From assembly GCF_006345805.1 (NCBI RefSeq), contig NC_043022.1, forward strand, positions 8,122,001 through 8,186,000: a stretch of DNA of 64,000 bases, written 5' to 3'. The notes beneath the pieces are model-generated. The model was not told where the DNA came from. It was given only the letters and a program-made list of their open reading frames with translations, and ran no database searches. The translations under genes and the position numbers were made by a program. This DNA comes from Octopus sinensis (Eukaryota). How positions within the stretch are numbered: the stretch's first letter is position 1; every line of letters begins with the position of its first letter. This document shows, in pieces, positions 12,917-26,105 of the stretch.

Positions 12917-13418
12917 GATGGGCTACAGCAAATATTCTGCTCAATAGTATAAAAGATGGGCTACAGCAAATATTCTGCTCAATACCACAGATTTGCTTAT
13001 CAGTTGTTTGACTTTAAGCAGTTGAGCATGTCCCTTAGTGGCTGACGATATGCGCATCTCTGATCATGAGCAGAAGTAGTGGGGGAGCATCATAGCCATG
13101 TGTTGAGAGGAATTCTTTGGGGTTTGAATAATTCACCTCTGGAAACATGGGTGTTTCACTCAACATCCTTAAACAACCCTTATTCAGGGACCTTTTGAGC
13201 AGGATGGGTTACTTGACCAGAAGAAAATTCTAACTGGGCCCTACTTGCAAGGTCATGTGCTATTTATCTTGATATGAGATCACCATGTTGCACACATATG
13301 GTTGTGATGCATGTGCCTAGTGTACCCTTATCAGACGGGTACTCATGATGGGTATACTGGGCTTCGTATATTTTACCCCAGTGTCACTTTGATGGCATGC
13401 ACTGCTCTCTCACTTAAT
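12913..13418. mobile_element. Family F non-coding element embedded in (TAA)n
   Basis: Closely similar to 46176-46720; both copies flanked on both sides by (AAT)n. Confidence 0.75.
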
Positions 13419-13559
13419 AATAATAATAATAAATGAAATTATTGTGTATAGTGCTCAGTTGCACAACAATTTATCAAAGGTACATATACAGTTCATAGAA
13501 TTATGTATGAAAGTCAGGAAAGTGAACAGTGTATGAGTCATGATATACATGTGTGTGTA

Positions 13560-13870
13560 TGTGTATGGAATAAGGTGGATATCAGATGTAGTGTTGGTGA
13601 ATTTCAGGAAGCATGGAGGTTTTAAAGGGTGCAGTGTCTCAGCAGTTGACAGCTGATGCAGGGAGTTTGTTCCATGCTTCAGCAACTCTGAGTGTAAAAA
13701 AATGTTTCCGAAAGTCATGGGAGCTTTGCTGTTTTCTGACTGCGTAGGCATGCCAACATGTGTTAGACACATGGAGCTCAAAGAGGTGCTCAAGGTCGTT
13801 GCTGGCATGGTGGTTAATAATTTTGTGGGTGTTCACCAAGTCAGTTGCCAGATGGAGCTTTTGATCAGCC
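13560..13870 (-). mobile_element. CR1/L2-type LINE 3' end
   Basis: 'HDFRKHFFTLRVAEAWNKLP', matching the CR1 C-terminal motif (R..FF..RV...WN.LP). Confidence 0.75.
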
Positions 13871-14117
13871 AAACCCTTTGCTTTCTGTTTTATATTGTCA
13901 TCCTGTAATGAAGATATAGTTTAGATGAAGTCATTTATTTGTCTTACCGTAAGTCTAGCTGAAAGTACATATATCATTCCAGTTTCATGGTTGATGAGGT
14001 TAGTTACTGAAACAAATATGAAAAAAGAAAAAAAAAAGCATCTAAAAAAGGAAAAAGAATTTATATTTATAAATGATTGCAGCAAAATCTATATATTTTC
14101 TATTGCCTGTTTATATA

Positions 14118-14150
<33 letters not shown>

Positions 14151-14644
14151 ATGTATGTATGTATGCATATGTATGCGTATGTGTATCTGTATGTATTTAT
14201 GTATGTGTGTACGTGTGTGTGTGTGTGCATTTATGTATGTATTTATGCGTGTAAATATGTTAGTATGTATGTGTGTGCGTGCGTTTGTATGTGTGTGTCT
14301 GTATATATGCATGTGTTAGTTTATAATACTATATTTGTTCACACTTGTCCCTCCTGAGTCTTTTTTTCTCCTTTTGTTTCTACTCATTACATTTCTAGTA
14401 CACACACACACACACAGACACACACACGAAACATAGTAGATATTAATGATGCTTTTATTTTGGCTCCATCAGTCCCTTGCTACTCTGAATTTCGTCTGTA
14501 AGTACACAATGTCTTAGGACAAGCTATGACTGAAAACGTGATGAAATATACACATATTTGTACAGATATGATTATTTTGGTCATAGAGTATGATTGCGAC
14601 AGAGGAAAAAAAAAAATATATATATATATATATATATGTACATA

Positions 14645-15480
14645 CACACTGATTCACACTCATACCTTAACTTCTCCTCCATCCACCCTACCCACACCAA
14701 GCTCTCCATCCCCTACTCCCAATTGCTCTGTCTACACAGGCTCTGCATTGACAACCATGACTTTGAGACTAAGTTTCAAATCATGGCTCAGCACTTCATC
14801 CTTTGTGGATATTCCCTCATCACTATCCACACAGCCCTTGCCAGAGCATGTTCTGTGGAACATACTTCTGTTCTCTCTCCCTGCACCCACCCCACCATTG
14901 CCCCTCACCTACCACCCCTCCACACTAACCTCCAGCCTTCTGGTGATCCCAGTCCAACCCCTCCACCTTGCACATCTTCCCCAACCTATCCCTTCCCTCC
15001 TTCAAATGAGCTTACACTCTGCATGATCTCCAGCTCCATAGTTTCTTTCCTAATCCCACCTCCCAACCTGGCTCATTCTCTTGTTTCTGCCCACACTGCC
15101 ACACTTGCCCCTACCTCTCCAACACCACTATCTTCACGGGCACCCATCATTGTCCCTATCATATCACTGACTCTTTTACCTGCACTTCTAGCAACGTCAT
15201 TTACTGCTTCTCCTGTTCTTTCTGCCCCTCTCTGTAAATCGGTCAGACTGGACGCCACTTGGCTGACTGGTTTATGGAGCACTTCCAAGACATCAGACTC
15301 GGCAATGACACCTTAGTCTCGTGCCGTTTCTGCTCTACCAGTCATTCACTACAACACCTGTCTGTGTTCGGATTGTCTTTGCACAGGGCCTATTCAGACT
15401 CCTGTCTGCACTGTGAGCAGGAATTAATCTTCTCCATTCCTTTGTGCCACATGGGCTCAATTCTCCTCCTCTCCTCTCTT
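14645..15480 (+). mobile_element. Penelope-like element remnant (RT thumb + GIY-YIG endonuclease)
   Basis: 'DSHSYLNFSSIHPTHTKLSIPYSQLL..RLC' (PLE thumb) and, in another frame, 'IGQTGRHLADWFMEHFQDIR...EQELIF' (GIY-YIG). Confidence 0.8.
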
Positions 15481-15665
15481 TCTCTGAAACCTACTTTCTC
15501 TCTTCACACCTACCCACTTCTCTCTTCATTGATACCTTTCCACTTAGATAAAAGTAAACAAAGTTTGCTTTAGAAGCATTGAGATGTATTGAAAGACACA
15601 GATAAGATTAATATAATAGCATGAACAGGATAAACTGTCCATATATTGCAGAAAATTTTGTCAGC

Positions 15666-15737
15666 AGCCAACCATGAGACTCGAACTCACATCCCTGTTA
15701 TTATGCATCAAGTGCTTTACCTTTAAGCTAAATTGTC
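15666..15737 (-). pseudogene. Decayed tRNA-like sequence (CAT in anticodon-loop position)
   Basis: D-arm 'tagcttaaaggtaaagc', T-arm gtgag-ttcgagt-ctcat, 3' acceptor ggttggc; acceptor and anticodon stems mispaired. Confidence 0.5.
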
Positions 15738-15936
15738 TTATGACGAATTGTTCTGCAATTTTAGGATTTATAAATCTAGCTTTATTAGATGGTAACATTA
15801 AATTCAACTTACAATGAAAGTAAATAAACTTGTACATGACACCACCACAAGTGCTTTATACTATCTGAAGGATCAGTTGTAACACTCCTGCTGCAGAGTG
15901 TGGGCAAGGTGCCAGGCATCTTGGTCCTTTGTCATC

Positions 15937-16099
15937 AAGCGTAGGAGTGGCTGTGTGGTAAGTAGCTTGCTTACCAACCACATGGTTCTGGGTTCAGTCC
16001 CACTGCATGGCACCTTGGGCAAGTGTCTTCTACTATAGCCTTGGGCCGACCAAAGCCTTGTGAGTGGATTTGGTAGACAGAAACTGAAAGAAGCATGTC

Positions 16100-16143
<44 letters not shown>

Positions 16144-16358
16144 ATATGTTTGTGTGTGTGTTTGTCCCCCCAACATCGCTTGACAACTGATGCTGGTGTG
16201 TTTACGTCCCCGTAACTTAGCGGTTCGGCAAAAGAGGCTGATAGAATAAGTACTAGGCTTACGAAGAATAAGTCCTGGGGTCGATTTGCTCGACTAAAAG
16301 GCGGTGCTCCAGCATGGCCACAGTCAAATGACTGAAACAAGTAGAAGAGTAAAAGAAT
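15937..16358 (+). mobile_element. Family A SINE, full length
   Basis: Head 'gtaggagtggctgtgtggtaagtagcttgc' to tail 'gactgaaacaagtagaagagtaaaag'. Confidence 0.9.
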
Positions 16359-16830
16359 AATAGTTATATCTGAGTAGGAGGAAGACAAGGTATACAAAGA
16401 TGTACAGCTGCATATATTATGATAGAGGTTTGAGGAAAGAAGAACGTACAATAGGGTGAGACTTAAAAGTGATGTATGTTATATGTGAGTCACTCGAATC
16501 ATTATAAGAGATTGCTGTTTGAAAATGCTGAAATGATACAGTTGAGTTAAACATCATGTAAATGGAGAGACAAAACTGAAAAATGTGAATTTGGATAATA
16601 GTTTTGTAGCAATGTACTATTACCTATATAGATTGTTAGTCAAAAGGATGTAATTCGTTTAGAATAATAATCTGAAGAGAATGGTTTTGAAAAAATATAA
16701 TATTATTGAGTGTGCTTGGAAGAAAGAGTTTAAAATCACAATAAGATTGAAGATAAGATGAGAAATGGAAAGGGAGATGAAATGAAATAGATATAATGAG
16801 AATTTTTTTAATGTTTTATATACAGGCATG

Positions 16831-16864
<34 letters not shown>

Positions 16865-17494
16865 TGTATGTATGTATGTATGTAGGTGTGTGCGTGTGTA
16901 TATGTGTATATATATGTATATGCAATAATAAATCTCTGAGCGAGGTATATGTATATATATGAATATTATACATATCTATCCGTCTATCTATCTGCATATA
17001 TATATATACCCACATATATATACATATATATTTATATATATACCCACATATATATACATATATATTTTTATATATATACATATATATTTATATACATACA
17101 CACACACATATACATATATACATGCATATCTATATATGCCTCTCTATATATATATACACACACACACACATACACGCAGACACACACACATGCACGCACA
17201 GAAAATAATGGTAGTTTAGAAATTTGCTAATAAAGAAAGGTTGTTCAGAATCCGTTTAATTTGAATGGTGTTTGTCAAGTTGTAGTGTTAAAGTTAACAA
17301 GGAGGTTATGTGGTGATGTAAACTGTAACAGAGATGAAGATAACAGAATTGTGGTGATTACATAAAGTTAAAGTGAATTAGCTTACTTCGTGTGGAGCAA
17401 TGTTAAGTTCTAGTATATTAGTAAATTGTGTATATGTTTACCATGAGGAAACATGTGCTGTAGAAATGAGATTTGGCATAATTGTAAGTAAGAT

Positions 17495-17952
17495 CATCAT
17501 CATCATCATCGTTTAATGTCCACTTTCCATGCTAGCATGGGTTGGACGATTTTGACTGAGGGTTGGCCAACCAGATGGCTGCACCAGGCTCCAATCTTGA
17601 TCTGGCAGAGTTTCTTCAGCTGGATGCCCTTCCTAATGCCAACCACTCCGAGAGTGTAGTGGTTGCTTTTTACGTGTTACCGGCACAGGGGCCAGTCAGG
17701 CGGTACTGGCAATGACCTTGCTCGAATCTTTTTACACATACCACCGGCACAGGTGCCAGTAAGGCAACGCTGGTACCGATCACGCTTGAATGGTGTCCTT
17801 TTACGTGTCACTGGCACAAAATCAGTTAGCCGCTCTGGCCATGATCACGTTCGGATGGTGCTCTTGGCACCCTACTAGCATGGGCACAAGTACCAGTAAG
17901 GTGACACTGGTAACGATCACACTCGAATGGTGCCTTTTATGTGCCACTGGCA
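17495..17952 (-). mobile_element. Family C repeat with 3'-UTR tandem modules
   Basis: (CAT)n tail, core, and repeated 'ttttacgtg.caccggcac' modules. Confidence 0.8.
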
Positions 17953-18004
17953 ATTACAAAATATTTAGTCTGAGAAGAAAACTATGGAACTAAAGAATGA
18001 AATA

Positions 18005-18195
18005 ATATTGGTTTCAAATTTTGGCACAAGGCCAGCAATTTGGGGGAGGAGTTAAATCTATTACATTGACTCCCGTACTCATCTGATACTTATTTTATCA
18101 ACACCGAAAAGATGAAAGGCAAATTTGATCTTGGCAACATTTCAACTCTGGACATAAAGATGGATGAAATGCCACTAAGTATTTTACCTGTCAAG
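18005..18195 (-). mobile_element. Family D SINE
   Basis: 'gatgaaaggcaaatttgatc...caactctgga...gaaatgccactaagtattt'. Confidence 0.65.
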
Positions 18196-18199
18196 TTGG

Positions 18200-18360
18200 G
18201 GGTGAAAGAGTACAACAGGGGTCGCCACTACCCCATGCCGGAGCATCGTGGAGCTTTTAAGTGTTTTCACTCAATAAACACACACAACGCCCGGTCTGGG
18301 AATCGAAACCGCAATCCTCCGACTGCGAGTCCGCTGCCTTAACCACTAGGCCATTGTGCT
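18200..18360 (-). mobile_element. Family B SINE head
   Basis: 'ccggtctgggaatcgaaaccgcaatcc...ctgccttaaccactaggccattg'. Confidence 0.75.
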
Positions 18361-19032
18361 TCTATTATTAATCTTAGTACAGTTAATGGTTTGGATAATA
18401 CTTTAAATTCAAAGCTTGCTTAAATTTTACCCTGATGAAAGACTTAATAAAAGACTATACAAATAAGGGTTCAAATCAACCCTATACTTTAAAAAAAAAA
18501 TGAAGTCCCGCCCCCACCATTAGTGACCGTATATATCCTCCTAATCTTCATGTGACGCTGCATTGTGTTTTTTATTATTATAACAAAGCATTTCATATTT
18601 GCAGCTTCATGTATAGAATAAAATGCATAATTCACAGTAATCTTTCCAGGTGTAAGAATAGATAAAAAAATATTCACTTCCAGCACGTGGTATAAACATC
18701 CACATTCACAATACCAGAAATTATATGATCTTTTTTATTTTCAATAGATCATAGATATAAGCATTCTAGCAGAAATACAATTATGGTAAACTACTTGTTT
18801 AGTAAAAATGTTATTAATCTATTTACAAATTCAATTCTGGAAACCTATCTCCCAACAGAAATTAAGTTCCTTCCCTCAATTATAACTGTATTAATTTAAG
18901 CAGTTGTTTGAAAACTTTAATCTATTGTATTAAAATTCATTAAAACTTCAATTCATTCTTATCAGTATATTCATGCATATAAAAAGCATGAGGGGGAAAT
19001 CTGTTAATCACATCTGTTTCTAAGAAATAGGA

Positions 19033-19255
19033 TAAGAGGGGAGTGCTGAAAAGTCCCTGGCTTTGGGTAAAAGAAAATAGAGGAGGATCAGTTAATTATG
19101 ATTATCTTTAAACATATTCCCCTCTCAGATCCACACACTTATCACAACAGTTCTTCAGTTTTTCTAAGGCCCATAAAAGAACTCGCAAGGTTGGGCCTCC
19201 ATCCAGACCTTTCATGATACCTTTAAAGCCAAAAACTTTTCAGCACCTCCTTGTA
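19033..19255. mobile_element. Mariner-type MITE
   Basis: Imperfect TIRs 'taagaggggagtgctgaaaagtccctggcttt' / 'aaagccaaaaacttttcagcacctccttgta', TA ends. Confidence 0.7.
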
Positions 19256-19444
19256 TGTGATATAAAATACAGTGGTTGATATTTGGTCATGCCTCTCCCT
19301 ATGGTTGTTTTCATTTCAAATCTATGCTGCAGCCTTTGTGTGAGGGAGAATTTTTCATATTATTCCAAGATGACTGATAAAAAAGAATGACCTGAAATAT
19401 TAAGGTACTGCAAACATTCTTTGAGTTACTTACATCACAATTCT

Positions 19445-20870
<1,426 letters not shown>

Positions 20871-21386
20871 ATATAAAAATACAAAATGGGACAAGAATGT
20901 TAAACATCCAGACAGACGATACAAAGAAAACAAGGATGGGTCATTTGGAGTTTTCTTTCATCAGTCGAGTTCCAGATTATCTTTGCAATTTCGGGTGGTT
21001 ATACTTGAGATTACTCCAATCTAGCCAACCCCAAGGATAAACTAAGCTAAGAGCATTAGATTCCTTGGAAGAAAGCAGCAAATGTATATGAAAACAAGGA
21101 CAGAAAAAAAACGGAGAAAGTTACACAAATACAAATAACAGGACATAACAACAGGTGTCTTTCGACTAAGGATGAATTAAATTAAGCTGGCGTATGTGGA
21201 AGTAAATATATATGAATGTATGTGGCCTATTGGCCTTGTAGTGTCTAAGTGCTTGAAATTACAAACCTACTCTTGAACACATACATATGTATACCTACAT
21301 ACAAATATACATACGTACACACATACATACATTCATAAATACATACATACATACATATATATATATGTATATATATGTGTGTGTAT

Positions 21387-21418
<32 letters not shown>

Positions 21419-21531
21419 ACATATATATATGTGTGTGTGTATATATATATATATATGTGTATATGTATATACATATGTATATATGTGTGTGTATATATAT
21501 ATGTATATATATATATATGTGTGTGTGTGTT

Positions 21532-21590
<59 letters not shown>

Positions 21591-22722
21591 TTACATATAC
21601 ACACACACACACAGATGATGGACTTCTTTCAGTTTCTGTCTACTATATCCACTCACAAGGCTTTGGTTGGCCCAAGGCTATAATAGAAAACCCTTGTCCA
21701 AACTGCCTTGCAGTGGGACTGAACCTGGAATCATGTGGTTAGAAAACAAGCTTCTTACCACAAAAACTTTAAACTAAACATTAACTGCATCATTGTCACC
21801 ATCCTTAGAGAATTACAAAGGTTATGAAAGGCACCAAAGGTCACCAGATTACTGTAAGAGAGGAGGAGGAACTATGCCCATATTTACTAAATGATGTTTT
21901 AATCTTGTTAAAGTGTTTTAATTTTGTTTTAAGAACATTTGTGGCAATGCCCTTTAACTTGAATCTTTCTGAGGTATTTTTCGTTTCAACATTCAATAAT
22001 CTTATGTTACAATAAAGAAAAATAATAATTAAAGGAAAGAAATACGTTTTGAAATTCAGTATATTCAAATATACAGAGATACACATACACAGTTACAGAC
22101 ACACACACACACAAATACAGGTGTAGGCTCATACATAGATGTGCACACATGCACGTAGACACACAGTCACACACACAAATATGCATGCACTCAAACACAT
22201 ACTTAAGCACACAAACATGCGCACATACATTCATCCATACAAACACACACACACACACACACAAATATGGATGTACACACACACACAAACATAAATATGG
22301 ATACACATACAATTTACCCATATTCACACACACAAAAATATGGATGCACATACACACATACACACACTCACACACACAAGACTCCCATGGAATCTTAAAT
22401 CACCCAACTTGATATTAAACTGTTATTGAAAAAAAGTAAAACAGTAAAATATACTTAAAATATAAACAGATTTAGAATTTCCATCCTTGATATAGATGCA
22501 TATATTAGGCTTTTACAGCTACATGCACACACACACACACACAGACACATACAGACACACACACACACATAAAGAAGCTTGCTTCCCAACCACATGGTTC
22601 TGGGTTCAGTTCCACTGGCTGGCAACATAGGGGAGTGTCTTCTACTATAGCCTTGGGCCAACCAAAGCCTTGTGAGTGGATTTGATAGACAGAAAGTAAA
22701 AGAAACCTGTTGTGTATATATA

Positions 22723-23989
22723 TCAGGTCATCCCATAAGTCCTGTCCAATTTTACCTTTTTTAAATTTGAATGAAATCTAATAGTATTTTAGAATGTCTA
22801 ATGGAATTAAAAATTATTTTTATGCATTTGTGTACATTTAAATTAATTAAATATTATTTTACAGAATAATAGAATTAAAATTTCTTTGATTAAAACCCTT
22901 TCTAACATGTAAGTATCCAAAGAGCATTTGAGGCACATAATGCTTTATGAGTACAAAAAAGGAAACTCTGCAGCTGAAGTGACGTGAAACATACACTCAG
23001 TTTATGGGAAAGAATGCTTGAATGAAAGAACTTGCAGAAGATGGTTTGCAAAATTCAGAAGTGAAGATATCAGCCTTGAAGATGAAGATTGAACAGGATG
23101 TCCAGTTGAGTTTGATGATAAGCTCCTTGAGGCATTACTTGAAGAAAATCCTGCATTATCAGTTGAAGAATTGGCAATAAAGCTTAGATCAAACCATACA
23201 ACTGTTCATCATCCTCTTCAACAACTTGGAAAGGTTCCTAAACTTGGAAAATGGGTGCCTCATGAATTGTCCGAAAGCAACTGCAAATCCCGAATTGACA
23301 TCTGCTCTTCTCTCTATTCTCACGAACTCATTTCACCTTTTTTGGATAGACTTGTGACTGGTGATGAAAAATGGATCTTCTATTGAAATGTTAAATGTCG
23401 TACACAGTGGTTTGGGAAAAGGGAAAAAGCTCAACTACTACCAAGAAGGGAACTTCATGGGAAAAAGGTTCTTCCCTCTATCTGGTGGGATTGCAAAGGA
23501 GTAATTCACTTTGAATTGTTATCACCTAATGCACCAATCAATGCTCAAGTCTACTGTCAGCAATTAGAGTCTTTGAACCAAGTTTTGAAGAAAAAAAGAC
23601 CTGCTTTAGTGAATCAAAAAGGAGTAATGTTTCATCAGGACAATGCATGACCCCACACTGTAAAGATCACATCACAGAAGATCAAAGAGCTTGGTTGGGA
23701 AAGAATTCCTCATCCACCTTGCTCCTTCAGACTACCATTTGTTTCGTAGTTTACAGAATCATTTGGAGAACATAACTTTTGCAAGCCAGGAGGAGGTCGA
23801 AACTGACATTTCAGAGTTCTTCGCTTTGAAACCAAACGAGTTTTACATTGATGGGATTAAAAATCTTGTAAATAGATGGAAGGAAGTCATAGATAATCAA
23901 GGAAAGTACATTGATGATTAAATTTCAATTTCATTTGATCACTTGTTTTCTTTATTCAAAATTCGGACAGAACTTATGGGATGACTTGA
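22723..23989 (+). mobile_element. Full-length mariner (DD34D) DNA transposon, inactivated
   Basis: TA TSD; TIRs 'tcaggtcatcccataagtcctgtcc' / 'ggacagaacttatgggatgacttga'; 1267 bp; WVPHEL, VTGDEKW, HQDNA and APSDYHLF motifs. Confidence 0.95.
22906..23921 (+). pseudogene. Mariner transposase pseudogene (several stops and a deletion)
   Basis: Fragments in ORF track 23171-23386 and 23691-23921; in-frame TAA/TGA codons. Confidence 0.9.
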
Positions 23990-24269
23990 TACGTATATGT
24001 GTCCCATCACTGCTCAACAACTGATGCTGGTGTGTTTACATCCCTGTAACTTAGTAGTTCGGCAAAAGATACTGATAAAATAAGTACCAGGCTTAAAAAA
24101 GAAATGAGTACTGAGGGGTGATTTATTTTATTAAAATTTCTTCAAAGCATTCTCCCAGTCTAATGACCGAAACAATTAAAAGATATAAGATAAAATATGT
24201 AACAGTCTGATTATGTAACCCTGTGCTCTTCAGAGGTAGCTGTTAGGGAACGTAATGTATATGTATATA

Positions 24270-24847
24270 TAATTGTCACTAAATGTGACTAGGGTTTTAG
24301 GGAACACCTACATTGCTAGACATAAGAGCTAAACCATTCTAATGCTGTAGTTAACTCACATAAATGAAAACATGTGCGTCCGAAAAGTGCTGATCAAGAA
24401 TTCTTAATACTGACATCAGTTTCTGTAATTTCTGTTGCCTCATCAGTTAAGACTGCTCAATTGTTTTGCTCTTTCTGGACTCACTTTGCCATTAGTATTT
24501 CAGTGTTTGTCATCCAAATTTATCAGATGATTTAGCAATTTGCTAATGTGTTTATATAAAATTAATATAAATAGCACTTTCTAATGTTTCACCAAAAAGG
24601 AGAATTATAAATGTCACTAAATGTGACTAGGGTGTTAGGAAACACCTACATTGCTAGAAATAAGAACTAAACCACTATAATACTGTAGTTAATGGACGAT
24701 TATGGTCCCTGTTGGTGTCTATGTTTTCAGTGGTTCATCTCTTATTTCTAGCAATGTAGGTGTTTCCTAACACCATAGTCACATTTAGTGACAATTATAA
24801 TTCTCCTTTTTTGGTAAAACATTGCAAACTGCTGTTTATATTAATTT

Positions 24848-24860
<13 letters not shown>
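24270..24860. repeat. Direct + inverted repeat set (PLE pLTR-like)
   Basis: ~85-nt unit at 24271-24355 repeated at 24609-24692; 24552-24672 inverted at ~24731-24852. Confidence 0.8.
24402..24452 (-). ncRNA. Minimal hammerhead motif, stem II decayed
   Basis: tcttaa-CTGATGA-ggcaacagaaattaca-GAAA-ctgatgtcag-TA-ttaaga; 6-bp stem I, near-palindromic stem III. Confidence 0.65.
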
Positions 24861-24888
<28 letters not shown>

Positions 24889-26105
24889 CTGTAAAATAAT
24901 GTGACAATTATTTGGTAGCCAAGATAAAACTCTTACCATTTTTACCAATATATATATATATATACACACACACACATATACTCTTTTTGTTACTATTATA
25001 ACCACCATACCCCTACTTTCTCAAAAAACCTGTTTTCCTTGGTTTTTAAATTTTATATTCCTTTTGGAGTTGAAACTTGAAATCCTTTCTTAGTCATTCT
25101 CTGTATTTCTGTTAGCAGTATGGTTTGGGCAGCTGTGTAAATGGCAGCTGTGTATATCACTGTCACCCAATACTAACACCAATCCCAGTAACTTACTGTT
25201 TCCTAGGCCAAGTGATAAATGTCTAAGATATCTACCAACGTTCATACTTGTGAGTTTTCTTTTATTTGCATTTTCCTTTCTCGTCCTACGTCATCTAATA
25301 CGTACTTCACTTTAGTTCTTACATAGCAACTGGCTCTGAATGCACATGTGCGTATATGTGTGGGGGGTAGGTATATGTGTGAGTGTGTCTTGAAGTTTCA
25401 CCCACCAGAGTAGGGCAAGAAGTTTTATGATACTGGAAAGAATTCCTGCCAAATAAAAGAAAAAAGAAACAGAGACATTCTTGGCTATGTAATTGATAAT
25501 ACTGCCAGAACAGGATTGTAAGGTCAAAGTTGTTACAATCATATATGACTGAATGAATGAATGAATATATATATATATATGTATGTATGCATGCATATGT
25601 ATGTATGTATTGTTACTATTTAGTTTTATTTCTAGATTTCTTGCCAATGGAAAAAGAACTGGTTTCTAACCTAGATCGAAGTCTCTTTCACTAGAGTTTC
25701 AACATCAACCATGTTGTTGTGTACGTATGTATATACATGTGCAAGGATTTGGAATCGGTGCATGTGAAGATCTGCATGTTTGCTTTTAGCTATATATACA
25801 CATACATATACTCTCATGCCTAAATACATGCATATGTATTTTCATGCTAAACTTTTGCAAAGTTTTACATATTTTGTCAGTCCCATTGATAGCTTGTATC
25901 TATTGTATTCTAATCAGTTTTCTCCTTTATGGGTTTGAGAACCCTGATTTCTCAAAATTATTCTTGAGGTAGTTTGTTACATATCCCAGTGTTTTAATAG
26001 TTACAAGTATAAATCTGAACTTTTAATCCAGACAGGGTAGTTATGAATTTCTCAATTTACATATGTTTATATATATATACATACATACATATATATATAC
26101 ATATA

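Larger units (their letters stand above)
22575..24185 (+). mobile_element. Family A SINE split by a mariner insertion
   Basis: 5' half at 22575-22712, 3' half resumes at ~23992 ('gtcccatcactgctcaacaactgatgctggtgtg'). Confidence 0.75.

Noticed and set aside
14473-14497. Possible 25-nt microexon (ag|...|gtaagt); similar candidates at 21810-21854 and 28197-28222
   Set aside because: Joining them gives stops in every compatible phase, and there is no homology evidence
15666-15737. Functional tRNA-Met gene
   Set aside because: Acceptor and anticodon stems mispaired; kept only as a pseudogene or SINE-like head
18425-18470. CTGATGA core resembling a hammerhead
   Set aside because: No GAAA and stem II does not pair
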